Shown here: one piece after another, positions 48,001 to 60,515 of the stretch
How the letters are laid out: each line of letters begins with the position of its first letter
Position numbering within the stretch: the stretch's first letter is position 1
DNA from: Scenedesmus sp. PABB004
Taxonomy: Eukaryota
Length of the DNA: 64,000 nt
Assembly: GCA_014905635.1 (NCBI GenBank)
Contig: JABVCE010000009.1
Span: forward strand, 558,001-622,000
Reading direction: 5' to 3'
Translations under genes and position numbers: made by a program
The notes under the pieces: model-generated
Databases searched by the model: none
What the model was told of the DNA's origin: nothing
Seen by the model: the letters and a program-made list of their open reading frames with translations, nothing else

Positions 48001-49911
48001 GGACCTCCGGCAGCAAGGACGGCGCCGCGGCGCGCGCGGCGCGCGGCTTGGTGGTGCTCCAGTCGTCGCCGCCGAGGGGCCGGCCCGAGCCCGACAGCGG
48101 TGGCGCCACGCCCACATGCGCGGGGGAGGCGTCCAGGAGCGCAGCGGGCACGCTGCCGGTCACGGGCTCGTGCGAGGCGGCGTGCACAGGGCTCGCCGCC
48201 GCCGCCTGCTGCTCCGGCGCCGTCGCCAGCTGCTCCGGCGCGGCCGCGCGCTGCTCCGGAGCCGCCGCCTGCCGCTCCGGCGCCTCTGCCGCTGCCTGCT
48301 CGTCGCCTGCCCCCACCGCCGCGGGGCTCGCCTGCGCCGGCCGCTCGGCGCTGCCGTCAGCCGCGCCGGTGGCAGGTCGCTGCTCCGGCGACGGCTCTGC
48401 CAGCTGCTGCGGCGGCTGCCGCCGGTCGGCACTGGCAGCCGCCGGCGGCGACGCCGCGGGCGCCCGGGAGCCGCCCGCGCTGCCAGACTGCGACGGGCGC
48501 TTGCGCGCCCGCAGACCCAGCGGCTTGAGCTCGTCCTGCCGGCGCGGCGGCGGTGGCGGCGGGGCACTTGGGCGCGCGCCGCAGCACGCAGCGCGCCGGC
48601 GACCCAGCCCGCCCCGCCTCACCACCAGCTGCGGGTCGAGCGCGGCCAGCTCCTCCTGCGCCACCGGTCCCTCCGGCTCGCCGCCCAGCACCAAGTGCCC
48701 GCCGTGCATGCACTGCAGCAGCATCCTCTCGCAGTAGCTGACCGCCTGCATCTGCCGCGCCGCCAGCGGCAGCGGCGGCGGCGGGCCGCGGCACCGCGCG
48801 TCAGCCGGACGGGTGCGTGCGCCAGGGGGCCGGCCACACAGCCGGGGCGGCGGCGGCGCCTCACCGTGGCGGGCTGCTGGTCAGCGGAGCGCATGCGCGT
48901 ACCGAACGCGGCGAGGTGGGCCTCCAGCATGGTTGCGGTGATTACAGTGCTGACCATGCCACGCTCCGCGTCGCCCTGCACTATGCCTGCGCGACGGCGG
49001 TGCGGCGTGGCGGCGTGGGTTTGGGCGGCAGCAGCGCCGCGCGCGAGCGACTGGCAGGCCGGGCGGCCCACCGTCATGGATGTGCTGCAGTTCACGCTGC
49101 AGCACCTCGTGCAGCGCGGTGCCGGGCGTGGCGCCCATGGTGCTGACTGGCAGGCTGCCGGTGGCGAGACCGCTGTCGCTGAAGGTGCTGCCGCTGCCGC
49201 CGCTGCGCGTGCCGCCGCTGCGCGTGCCCCCGCTGCTGGGTGAGATCACGCCCGTGTCGCGCGTGCTGGCGCCGCCCGGGCTGCGCGCGCCGCCCGGCTG
49301 CTGCGGGCCGGCAGCGGGGGATCGCGCGCCCCCTGGCGCCGCCTCGGCGGCAGCCGCCTCCTGCTCAGTCGCTGCGGCGGCCGCCGCCCCATGCTCGGCC
49401 GCTGCCGCGGCCTCCTCGGCTGCTGCGGCCGCCACCTTCGACGCCACCGCCGCTGCTGCGACGGCCGCCGCGGCGACCGCTGCCTCTTGCTCGGCTGCAG
49501 CAGCCGCAGCTGCCGCCTTCTCGGCCGCTGCTGCCGCCTCCTGCTCAGCTGCTGCCGCAGCGGCCTCCTCGGCTGCTGCTGCCGCCACCGCCGCCGCCAC
49601 CGCCGCTGCTGCGACGGCGGCCGCGGCAACCGCTGCCTCTTGCCCGGCTGCAGCAGCCGCGGCCGCCGCCTCCTTCTCGGCCGCTGCCGCGGCCTCCTGC
49701 TCAGCTGCTGCCGCCGCGGCCTCCTCGGCTGCTGCGGCCGCCACCGTCGCCGCCACCGCCGCCGCTGCGACGGCGGCCGCGGCGACCGCCGCCTCCTGGC
49801 TGTCCACCAGCGCCGGCGGCGACGCGCGCTCGACGCCTGCTTCTACGCCTGGCTGCTGCTCGTCGTCCACGTCCATGGCGCCAGCGCCCTCTCCCTGCAC
49901 AGCAGGCCGCT

Positions 49912-49981
<70 letters not shown>

Positions 49982-51806
49982 TGCAGCCGCGCCGCCGACG
50001 GCCGCGCCACGCGCCTCGCTGCTGCTGCTGCGCCTGCGGCGCGGGCTCGCCAGCGCGTCAGTCGACGCCGCCGCCTCCAGCCGCGTGGGCAGGGGCTCGC
50101 TGCCGCTGACGCGCGCCTCCGGCCCAGGCTGCGCCGTGCGCCTGCGCAGTGCCGCGGCCGCAAATGGGTCGTTCGTCAGGCTGAACGCAGCGGGCGCCGT
50201 GGCAGCGCCGGCCACCGCCGCAGCAAACTCGGCGGCGGCAGCGGCCTCCGCAGCGCCGGCCCTGGCCGCCGCAGCCGCGGCGGCGCCGGCGCTCGTGCTG
50301 GGCTCCACACCGCCGCTGCCGCGGCTGCTGCTGGGCGCGCCGTCTGTGTGCGCGGCGCCGGAGAGCCGCCGCCCACCCGTCGCCGTCTGCTCCGCCTCTG
50401 CCTGCGCCGCGTCGGGCGCCGCGCTGGCCGGCGGCGCCGGCTGCGAGGCGCCCATGCTGTGCTGGCTCCCCGGCGGGGCCGCCGCGCCACCGTCGCCGGC
50501 GTCGGCGCCCGCGGCCTCCGCGGCCGGCTCGTCGCTGCCGGCCGGGGGTGCGCGCCCGCGACGCTGCCTACCGAACCCTCGTGGCCGCCGCCGCGGCCCG
50601 CGCCCCCGGCGGGCAGGCGCGGCAGCGTCGGGTTGGTGCTGGTGCTGAATGGCGAGCCCGCCGTCACGCCCGCAAGCGCGCGGCGCTGCCGCTCAAGCGC
50701 CAGGCGCTGCCGCTCCCGCGATGTGAGCGGGCTGATGTGCGGCGCGGCGGCCGCCGGGCTGCCGGGCGGCGTCCCGCTCGGCGAGCCCCCGGGCCGCTGC
50801 GCCGGCGGCGGCGGCATGCTGCCGCTGCGCGCGCCGCGCTCTGCCTCCGCCTGCGCCTGCGCGGCCGCGGCGGGCGCTGCCTGCGCCGCTGCATCCCCCT
50901 CGCCAGCGTCGGCGCGCTCGCCCGCCGGCCGCTCGTGCGCGGCTGGGGAGCTGCCGTGTGCCAGCGCCGGCGACGGTGGCAAGCCCTCCAGCGGCAGCGA
51001 CTCTGGGATTGTGCCGAGGCGGGGCAGCGCGCCGGCCTGCGCCTCCTCCGCCTCCTCCGCCTCCTGCTGCTGCGGCTGCTGCTGCTGCGGCGCCTCCTGC
51101 GCCGTGAGCACCAGCAGCAGCGCGCTCTGCGCCCGCTGCTCGCCGCCCTCCTCATCCTCCTCCCGCCGCTGCGCATCGTCCTCCACCACCCCCGGCGACG
51201 CCGCGCGCTGCGCCGCGCCCGGGTGCGGCTGCGTCGCCAGCAGCGGCGGCGCCGTCGACGCCAGCGGCGCCGTCTGCAGCAGCACGCCGCTGCTGCAGTG
51301 CGGCATCGCCGTCCCCAGCAGCGGCCCGCTGCCGCCGTGCGGCGGCGGCGCCGTCGCGAGCGGCGGCGGCGGCGCCGTCGCGAGCGGCGGCGCCGTCTTG
51401 AGCAGCGGCCCCGACTGCGCGCGGCGCTGCGCCTCGCGCGCCAGCAGCACGTCGCGCGACATCGCCGCCTCCGGCAGCACCTGCGTCGCCGCCAGCAGCG
51501 CGCCGCGGCCGCCGCAGCCCGCCGGCGCCTGCGTCGCGCACAGCGCCTGCGTCGCGGGCGCGGCGTGAGGCGGCGTGAGGCGGCAGGGCGCGCGTCGTGC
51601 ACAGCACGCGCTGTGCGCGCTGCCGCTGCCGCCGCCGCCCCGGGCGCCGGCCGGCGGCTCGCTGCGGGATGCGCCAGGGGCGCAGCGGGTGCGCGCGGCC
51701 CGGTCGGCAGCCCCCGCGCCCGGCCGCTCGGCCGCCGTGCTGCGCGCGCTGCCGCCGCGCGCACCTGCGTCGCGAGCAGCTGCTCCTCCGCGGCGCTGGC
51801 CAGCAT
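42077..51806 (-). CDS. Very large, mostly disordered SQ/TQ-rich protein with a Cys motif, tandem BRCT domains and a C-terminal BAH-like domain; contains apparent frameshifts and could be two genes
   Basis: BRCT1 FEGLRFLLTG..LGGR..TTKYLFA..GVPVYSAAWVHAC; BRCT2 LLAGVRV..VLAHAGAEV..VPVVDVD; BAH RPGDAVLL..VVQLASVWE..RFYRPSET..QVFVS..VPLAGVLDACEV. Putative start MLASAAEEQLLATQ at 51806. Confidence 0.65.
49350..49985 (-). repeat. Coding repeat: ~3 copies of a ~51-52 aa Ala/Glu-rich unit plus a (GCC)n poly-Ala tract (~49914-49980)
   Basis: QEAAVAAAAVAAAAVAA.VAAAAAEEAAAAAAEQEAAAAAEK is repeated in ORF 48881-50455. Confidence 0.85.
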
Positions 51807-52704
51807 GGCGCCTGCGGGGAGCGGCGGGAGGGTGGGCCGGGCACCGGACGCGGCGGCGTGGGCCGCGGCGCGGCCGGGCGGCGTCGGGGGCCCGCGGGGC
51901 AGCATCGGATGCCCCCGCCCCGGAGCCCGCCCGCACCTGCTGGCCCGCTCAGCGCCTTCAAGCGCACGGTGAGCTTGTCCGGGTCGTGGTCATCCAGCGC
52001 GGGCACGAAGCAGCAGCGCCCGGCGCTGTCCGGGGCGGTGGCCCGGGTCCCCGGTCGCGCCGGCGGCCCGCTGGGCCGTTGCGAGTTCGGCGCGTGAGCA
52101 GCCCTGTGTGGCGACCGCGCTTGCCCGCGCCGCTCCGCGCCACAACTTGAAAAACTTGCAGGCCGGCCCGTGGATCGCCTGCTCCTGCTGTCCCAGCGGT
52201 GCTCAGGGCCCCTCGCATGCGACGCACTGCGCCGGCGCCGGGAGAGCGGCGGGGTGGCCGCGCCGCGCGGCGCCGTCGCGCGGCGGCGGCGCAGCGCGCG
52301 GGCTTCCGGGAGCTGGCCCCCATTCCTGCCCGGACCGGGACAGTGGCCCGGCCGCGCTCCGCGTGCGCGTGACCCCAGCCGTCGCCCGCCACGCCGCACC
52401 AGCCTCCCCAGCAACAGCTGCGCTCGGCGAACCCCCCGCGCCTCCCCCCCCGCGCCCGCCCGCCCGCGCCGCGCCGCGCTCGGCGCCTCGCGATGCTGGG
52501 CAGCTGCCCGCCCCCGCACCGCGTCGCAGCGGCGCGCCGGCGCGGCACCAACAGCGCCGCGCCAGCAGCGCCGGGCCCCCGCGGCGCCCCGCGCCGGCGC
52601 CACGCCGCGCAGCCGCCGCCGCCGCCGGCGGCGCGCCGCAGCCGGCGAACGGGCAGGCCGCGGCAGCGCCCGCCGCCGCCGCGGCGGCGCCGCGGGGCGG
52701 CGCG

Positions 52705-55523
52705 ATGGACGCGTGCCCGCACCCCGCGCTCGCGGTGCCGATCAGCGTGCTCACCGACTCCTACAAGGCCTCCCACTTCCTGCAGTACCCCGCCGCGCGC
52801 AAGATGGTCGCGGTGCGCCGCCGCCCCGCGGCCCAGCGCCGGCCCCAGCGCTTGCAGCGTCGTGCGGAGCACGCGTCCGCACGCGACCGCGCGACCGCGA
52901 GCCGCCGCGCCGCCGCCGCCGCCGCCGCCGCCGCGGCCGCGCTGTGCAGTACGGCGAGTTCCGGCGCGGCTTTGCCGGCGACGAGGCCGACACGCGGCTG
53001 GTGGTGTACGGGCTGCGCTACGCGCTCGAAAACTACGTCCTGCGCCGCTGGACCGCGGAGGACGTGGAGCGCGCAGACGCGTTCTACCGGTGCGCGGCGG
53101 CCGCGGCGGCCGCGGCGGAGGCACCTTGCCGCGACGGCAGCGGGGCGCGCCCCCGCACTCGCGCGCCGCCGACGCACGCCGCACCCCGCCGCACCTCGCC
53201 GCGCTTTAGGAGCCACCTCGCGCCGGGCCACGGCGCGTTCCCCTTCCCCAAGGAGCTCTTCACCCGCATCGTCGACCAGCACGGCGGCTACTTCCCGGTG
53301 CGCCTGCAGGCGCTGCCGGACGGCACGTGCGTGCACGCGCACGTGCCCGTGTACCAGGTGCGGCGCGGGGCGGGTCCTCTGGTGCAGCCCCGGGCGGGGG
53401 GTGCAGGCGCGGGCGGCGCGGCCGGCGCGCGGCGAGCGCGTAGCCGCTGGCTACGCGAGCAGCAGAGGCAGCGGCAGCGGGGGCACCAGCGCCAGCAGCA
53501 CAAGCGGGAGCGGGAGCGGCAGGGGGAGCAGCCAGCGGGCCGCCCGCGCCGCTGACCGCGCCGCCGACCGCGCCGCCGCGCCGCGCGCAGATCACCGCGG
53601 AGCACGAGTTTGCGCCGCTGTGCACCTTCCTGGAGACGCTGCTGACAATGATGTGGTGCGGCGCGCGCACGCGGGGAGCGGGCGCCGCGGGCTGGGCTGC
53701 AGGCCCCAGGCGCCGCCGCCGCGCCAGCGCCGCCGCGCCAGCACACACGAACGCGCCGGCTCCCCCGCGCCCTTGCCCCCGCAGGTACCCAACCACCGTC
53801 GCCACGCTGAGCCGGCGCGCGCGCGACGTCATCGCCGCCGCGTTTGACGCGAGCGCCGACGGCGGGTCGCGCAGCGCGCTGCTGCCGAGCCGGCTGCACG
53901 ACTTTGGCTTCCGTGGCTGCACGAGCGTCGAGCAGAGCGTGCTCGGCGGCCTCGCGCACCTGCTCTCGTTCGACGGCACCGACACCATGTCGGCCGCGTA
54001 CTACGCGCAGTTCCACCTCAACGGCGGGCGCCCGGTCGGCATGTCCATCCCCGCGACCGAGCACAGCGTGATGACCTGCTGGCCCGACGAGCGCGCGGCG
54101 ATACTCAATATGATCACCCGCTTCGGGTCGGGCCTCTTCGCGACGGTCATGGACTCGTACGACTACGGCGCCGCGCTGCGCGAGGTGGGGCGGCCGGCGG
54201 GCGCGCGGGCGGGCGGGCGGGGCGCGCGCGCGCGGGCGGGGCGCGCGGGACGCGCGAGGGGGCGCCGCGGCGCGCGACGGCGAGCGCTGCGCGCTGGCGG
54301 GAGTGGCCCGCTCACCCGGCGCCGCGGTGCCGCAGGTCGTGCCGGTCGTCGCGGAGGCGAAGCTGGCGGCGGGCGGGTTCTGGGTGCTGCGCCCCGACAG
54401 CGGCGACCCAGTCGACGCGGTGCTGCAGGGCCTGGCCGCGCTGGAGGCGGTCTTTGGCGCCGACGTCAACGCCAAGGGCTTCAAGGTCGTCCGCGGCGCA
54501 GGCGTCATCCAGGCGCGCCGCCGCCGCGACTGCCGCCGCCGCCGCCGCCGCCGCTGCCGCGCACCCCGCGCGCGCCACGCGCGCCCACGCCGCCCGCGCA
54601 CGCGGCCGCCGCGCCGCCCGCGCCTCGCACACGCCACCACGCCGCCGCCGCCGCCGCCGCGCCCGCAGGGCGACGGCATCAACGTGGCGACCATGTCTGC
54701 CATCCTCGACGCCACGCTCGCCGCCGGGTTCAGCGCCGAGAACGTGGCCTTCGGCATGGGCGGCGGCCTGCTGCAGCGCGTCAACAGGCGCGGCGCACGG
54801 GCGCCGGCGGGCCAGCCCGCCGCGCCGCCCGCCTCTGCGCCACGCCGCCGCGCCGCGCCGCGCCGGGGCTGCTGCCGCCGCCGCCGACGCGCCGCCGCCG
54901 CCGCCGCCGCCGCCGCACGGCGCCGCAGGGACACGATGTCGTTTGCGACCAAGCTCTGCCACGTCGTCTACGCCGACGGCACGCCGCACGACGTCATGAA
55001 GCACCCCACGACCGACGCGGCCAAGATCAGCCTCCCGGGTGGGCGTTTGGGGCGAGCGCCGCGCCGCGCCGCGCCGCGCCGCGCCGCGCCGCGCCGCGCC
55101 GCGCCGCACCGGATCGGCCGCGCGGCGGCGGCGGCGCCCGCGGCGCCGCGCGCTCAGCCCCGCGCGCCCGCGCCGCGCCCGCGCGCCCGCGCAGGCGAGC
55201 TCGCGGTGAAGCGCGTCGGCGGCGTGCCGACGGTGTTCCCCGCCGACAGCGGCGAGGTGCCGCCCGGGGAGGACCTGCTGCAGGTCGTGTACGACTGCGG
55301 CCCCGTGGCGGGGCCCAACCCGCTGCTGGACGCCGACTTTGACGCCGTGCGCGCGCGCGTCGCGGCCGAGTGGGCGGCGCTGCCGCGCGCCGCCGACGTG
55401 CTGAGCGGCAGCCTGCGCGCCAAGATCGCGGCGGTCACGGCACAGCACGCGTCGGGCGCGTCGGCGGCCGCGCGCGCCGCGTCGGCGGCCGCGGCCGCGG
55501 CTGGCGCGGGCGGCGGCGGCTGA
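52705..55523 (+). CDS. NAMPT: Nicotinamide phosphoribosyltransferase (N-terminus may extend upstream)
   Basis: LTDSYKASHFLQYP, FLETLLTMMWYPTTVAT, SRLHDFGFRG, LAHLLSFDGTDT, SIPATEHSVMT, VMDSYD, LRPDSGDP, VIQGDGIN and NVAFGMGGGLLQRVNRDTMSFATK. Confidence 0.95.
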
Positions 55524-56167
55524 CGCGGCGCGCGCGCGCGCGCGCGGCGCGGCCGACGGGGCCCGCCGGTGAGGCCGCGCCTGCAGCCAGGCGGCGGCGC
55601 GCGAAGGCGGCTGACGGGGCTGACTCCTGAGGGCGCGGGCTGACCCCTGACTGCAGGCCAAGCCTGACTGAGTGGTGGAGGGGTCTGCTGGCGAGGGAGG
55701 GGCTTCCTTTCCCTCTGGTGCTGGGGGTCTCGCGACGCAGCGGCGGCGGCGGCGGGGATCGCGTGCGACGGCGGGCCGGCCAACTGGCAATTGCACCTGC
55801 CGCGCACGAACCGTCCCCCGCGTTTATTCCTCTCTCCCGCTCGCCGCGAGGCCGTCGGGCCAGCAGCGGCTCAGCTCAGCGCTCAGTCCCTCATCAGCAG
55901 CCACATCACACCATCCCTCGCGCGCGCGCCGCATGCGCGCCGGCGGGCGCCGCGCGATAGTGCGCGCGGCTGCGGGCCCGCCGGGCGCATGCGCGCCACG
56001 CGCCGCCAAGCGATGAAGGCAGGCACGCAGATCCCTGCCAGGCAAAGCTCAGTGCGGGGCCGGCAGCCCTGCGTGCTGCACCAGCATGTACAACGCCGCG
56101 GCCGCGGCGGCGCGCGCGTGTCGGCGCCCACGCGCGCGGCGGCCAATGCGGCCGCGCGCGCGCGCGC

Positions 56168-59100
56168 TCAGCGCTTCTGGTGCCGCTTGAACGCGAGCGC
56201 GGCCCACGCGCACACCCTGCGGCCGGCGGGCGGGCGGGCGCGGGCGGGCGCGGGCGGCGGGCGGGCGGTGGTGATCGGTGCGCCGCGCTGCGCCGGCGGC
56301 GGCGCCCTCTCCCCCTCGCCCGCCCGCCCGTGCCCTTCCGCAGCCCGGCCGCGCCCTCTCTCCCGCGCCGCGCCGCGACTGCTGGCGCTCACAGAAAGAA
56401 GGCCCAGAAGCACGCGACGTAGCCGAGGTTGGCCCAGGGGCTCTGGCCGCGCAGGCCGTAGTAGCCGAGCACCGACCCGCCGAGCCACGGCGCGTCGCGG
56501 CCGCCGCCAAACTGGTTGGTCATCAGCGCCGTCCACGCGTAGCGCAGCGGGTTGATGTAGGAGTACCTGAGTCGGCAGGAGCGGAGCAGCGCAGGGAGGG
56601 CAGGCGGGAGGGCAGGCGGGACGGCGGGAGGGAGGGAGGAAGAGTGAGCGAGGGCAGGTTGAAGAAGACACACCGAGTGTGCGAACGTGCGCGGCGGCGG
56701 CGCGGCGGCGGCGCACCACTTCCACCACGGCGGCATCGCGTCGTACGTGAAGAGGAAGCCACCTGCGGTTCAGGGCGCACACAGGGTTTAGGTCGGCACG
56801 ACCCGGCGCAAGCCCACCGCGGCGGCGCGGCGGCGCACGTGCGCGCGCGTGCGTGCGGGCGCGCGGGCGCTGCGGGCGCTGCGGGCGCTGCGGGCGGGCG
56901 ACCGCCCGCGCGCGCACCGAAGAAGAGCAGCGTGACGACGTAGATGGGCAGCAGCGCGTTGGCCGCGTCCATGGTCGGCGACAGCGCGGCGATGGTGTAG
57001 GCGAGGACTGCGCGGCGGAGGCGGCGGCCGCGGCGCGTGGCGGCGCCGCCACACAACGCCGCCCGTGGCGGCCCCCCTTGTGCCCCGCGCCTAAACCCTG
57101 CTGCGCCCCCTGCGCGCCGCGGTGCACCGATGCCGAGCGCGAGCGTGGTGAAGTAGGTGAGGTAAAAGAGCGCGAACGACCCCGCGAGGCGCACGCCGTA
57201 AAACACGGCCGCCGCGATGCCGACGGAGACCTGTGCAGGTCACCGCGCGCGCGGCGGCGGGTGGGTGGGTGGGCGGGCGAGGGGTCTGGCGAAGGGAAGG
57301 GCGAGAGGGGGCGCGGCGGCGGCGCGGGCGTGGGCGAATGCGCACCACGGCGTTGATGAAGAGCTCGTCAAACATCTTGGCAGCAAGGTAGGTGAACACG
57401 CTGTGCGTGCGAGTGTGCGTGCGAGTGTGCATCAGTGTGCGTGAGTGTGCGTGAGTGTGCGTGAGTGTGCGTGAGAGAGTGAGTGAGTGTGGGCGTGCGT
57501 GGAAAGGGAGCGGGCGGCGGCGTGGGCCGAGGCGCCGGCGCGGGCAGCGTGCGGTGGCGGCGGCGCGCGCCGCGCGCCGCGCGCTGCGCGCACCGGTAGA
57601 GCCCGTCGTTGCGCTCGCGCACAAACAGCGCGCGCTCTGGCGCGGCGGCGGGGTGGCGGCAGCGTGGGGCGCAGCCGGGCGGGCAGCGCGGCACTTGCGG
57701 CGCGCAGCAGCAGCTGGCGGCGCCGCGGCGCGGCGCGCGCGGCGTGCCCCCCGGCGCACCGAGCACGAGGGAGGGCACGTAGGAGGCGGCGCCAAACGCG
57801 GGCAGCGTGGTCCACATGAACAGAATCTGCGGGGCCACCATGGCGCGCGCGCGGCGGACGCGTCAAGCCTTGCGGCGCGGCCGCAGGGCCTCCGCGGGCG
57901 CGGGCAGCACGCTGTTGCGCGGCGGCGCAGGTGCAGGCGCAGGTCGCCAGGCCACGCGCAGACGCTCACCGCGGCCATGTTGACGTAGTTGTTGGGCCTG
58001 AAGTCGTCGCCGATGCCCCAGTACAGGCTGGTCACCAGGAAGCCCATCAGCACCTGCCGGCACAGCGGCGGCGCAGCGCGCGGCGGGCGCGGTGGGCGCC
58101 CGCAGGGTGCGCACTCGTGCGCCGCTGCGGCCGGCCGCCGGCGACCGCACGCTGGCGCGCGCGGGCCTCGTCGCCGGACCTTGTCGCCGATGCGGGGCCC
58201 CAGGAAGGCGGGGTCGCGGTAGTTATGGGCCGTGCGGTATTTGATAAGGGTCCGCAGGCCCCACCACCAGGGCGTGACGGTCGAGCTGCGCGTCGCGAGC
58301 TGCGCCGCGACGGAGGCCGGCAGGTCCGGGCACGCGCTCGCAAGCGCGTCCGTCTCGGCGACCGTGTCCTGCGGCGGCGGGTGGCGCGGCGGGTGACGCG
58401 GCGGCGCAGTCGGCGGCTGCACCCGCGGCGGGCGCACACCGCGCCCCGCGCCCCGCGCCCCGCGCCCCGCGCCCCGCGCCCCGCGCCCCGCGCCCCGCGC
58501 CCCGCGCCCCGCGCCCGCGCCCCGCGCCCCCGCCCCCGGGGCCGGGCGCACCAGCTTGAGCTGCGAGGCGTCGTAGGCGTCAGCGAACACCGCGCCCTGG
58601 CCCTCGCGGTCGGCGCGCGTGAACAGGTCCACCAGGAACTCGGCCGGGTTCATGCACCCGCCCGCCGCGCCGCCGCCCTCCGCGTCGTCGAGCGCCGCGA
58701 CGAGCGCCGCGGCGCGCGGGTCGGCCAGGCCGCGAACGTACGCGAGCGCGGCGGCGCCGCCACGGCCGCTCGTGGCAAGCACCACGCGGCCGCGCAGCAG
58801 CATGAGCAGCGAGTCAAAGAGGCTGAACGCGTACGCCGTCGGCGAGTGGATGGTCGCCACGACCGTCACGCCTGCAGCGCGCCGGTCGGTGCCGGCGCCG
58901 CGGCGGACGCGCGTCGGGGCAGCGCGCCACTGCCGCCGGCGGCGGCCACAGCGCGCAGCACGCCGCCGGCTGCCGCCAGCTGCCGCGCGCGCGCCGCGTG
59001 TGAGCCCCGACGCACCGCCCCTGGCGAGCGCGCGGATGACGGCCATGGTCTCGTTGGCGGTGAAGCTGTCCAGCCCGCTGGTCGGCTCGTCCAGGAAGAG

Positions 59101-60515
59101 CACGCGTGGGTTGGTGATCAGCGCGATGCCGATGTTGGTGCGCTTGGCCTGGCCGCCGGAGATGCCCTTCTCGAGGGGGTTGCCGATCTTGACCGCCCTG
59201 CGCGCGCGGATCCGGGGCGCCGGGGCGCGCGTGTGTGAGAGAGCGCCGCCTTGCGGCCCTGCGCCCGGCGCCGCCGCGGCCCGCGCCTGGCGCCGCCGCG
59301 GGCTGCACGGGCTCGCTCGGCGCGCGCGCCGCGGCCCGCGGGCGCGCGGGTGGGGCGCGCGCGCGCGCCTGCAGGGCGTGAGCGCGAGCTTGTCCAGCAG
59401 CTCCGCGACCGCTGCACGCTTGGCCGCGAGCGGCTCGGTGCGCGGGCGCTTGAGCTCCGCCGTGTACATCAGCATCTCCTCCACGGTCAGGATGGGCAGC
59501 AGCGTGTCTGGGGCGGAGAGGGGAGTGCAGAGGGGAGCGGAGTGCAGGCGGGCGCGCGGCGGCGCGGCCGGCGGTGTCGGCGCGCGGCGCGCGGCGCGCG
59601 GCGCGCGGCGCGGCGCGCGGCGCGCGGCCAGCGGGCGCGCGCCGCGCGGGCGCGGCCAGTGGGCGGCGCGCGGGCCGTCCCCCGGGGGCGGGCAGCGCAC
59701 CAAACTGCTCGACATAGCCGGTGTATCGGCGCAGGAACTGCTGCGTCGGGGCCTGCCCCGCGAAGAGGATGCGGCCGGTCGTGCTGCCCACGGTCTTGCG
59801 GCCAGAAATGACGTCTAACAAGGTACTCTTGCCGCTGCCAGAGGGCCCCATCTTGTGTGTGTGTTTGTGCGTGCGCGGCGGCGGCGCGGCGGGCGTGGCG
59901 GCCCCGCAGGCGCGTGCGCGCCGAGCCGGCGCCGCAGGCGGCCGACGGCGCCAGGCGCTGGCCAAGCTCGCGCTCCGCGGCCTGGCCAGGCCAGGCCCGC
60001 GGTCGGCGGCTGGCCAGGCGAGGTTTCGCGCGCGGCGGCTGGGCCAGGCCCCGCTCGCACGCGGCGGCTGCGCCGGCGCCGGCGCCGCACCAGCGCGGTC
60101 ATCTGCCGCGGCTTGAGGTTGGCCGTGATGTTCTTGAGCAGCAGGAGCTTCTCCTTCTTGTCCTGGGTGTTGGTCACGCTGTAGGAGAGGTCCTGCAGAG
60201 GGAGCGGGCGCGCGCGCGCTCGGCGGCCGCCCGCAGCCAGCGGCGACCAGCGCCGCGCCGACCCGCTGGTGCTCGCGCGGCCCGAAAAGCAGCGCTGAGG
60301 CGCGCGCCGCCGCTCCCGGCGCGTGTGAGGGAACGCCAACTCACGTGGATGGTGATGGCCATGCCCTGCGGGCCGAACGTGTCGAGCCGGCGCATGGGGC
60401 CGCCGCTCTTGAGTCCGCCGCCGTCATCGCCGCCGGCCTCCTCGTCTGGCGCCACGGAGACCACCTCAATGGCCACGTCCGACGCGTGACCGCCGGAGGA
60501 GCCGGGCGACCTCAT
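56168..60515 (-). CDS. ABCG (White/WBC) half-size ABC transporter (~17 exons)
   Basis: Walker A GPSGSGKSTLLD, YVEQFDTL, ISGGQAKRTNIGIALITNPRVLFLDEPTSGLDS, TIHSP, ERALFVRERNDGLY and WYSYINPLRYAW. Confidence 0.95.
57400..57490. repeat. (GTGAGTGTGC)-type intronic repeat
   Basis: Visible directly. Confidence 0.8.
58441..58535. repeat. (GCGCCCC)n 7-bp intronic tandem repeat
   Basis: About 12 copies visible. Confidence 0.9.

Noticed and set aside
8761..55523. A functional DNA-repair cluster (RAD54, BRCT protein, NAMPT)
   Set aside because: The genes are separated by many unrelated ones; chance adjacency is sufficient without synteny evidence.
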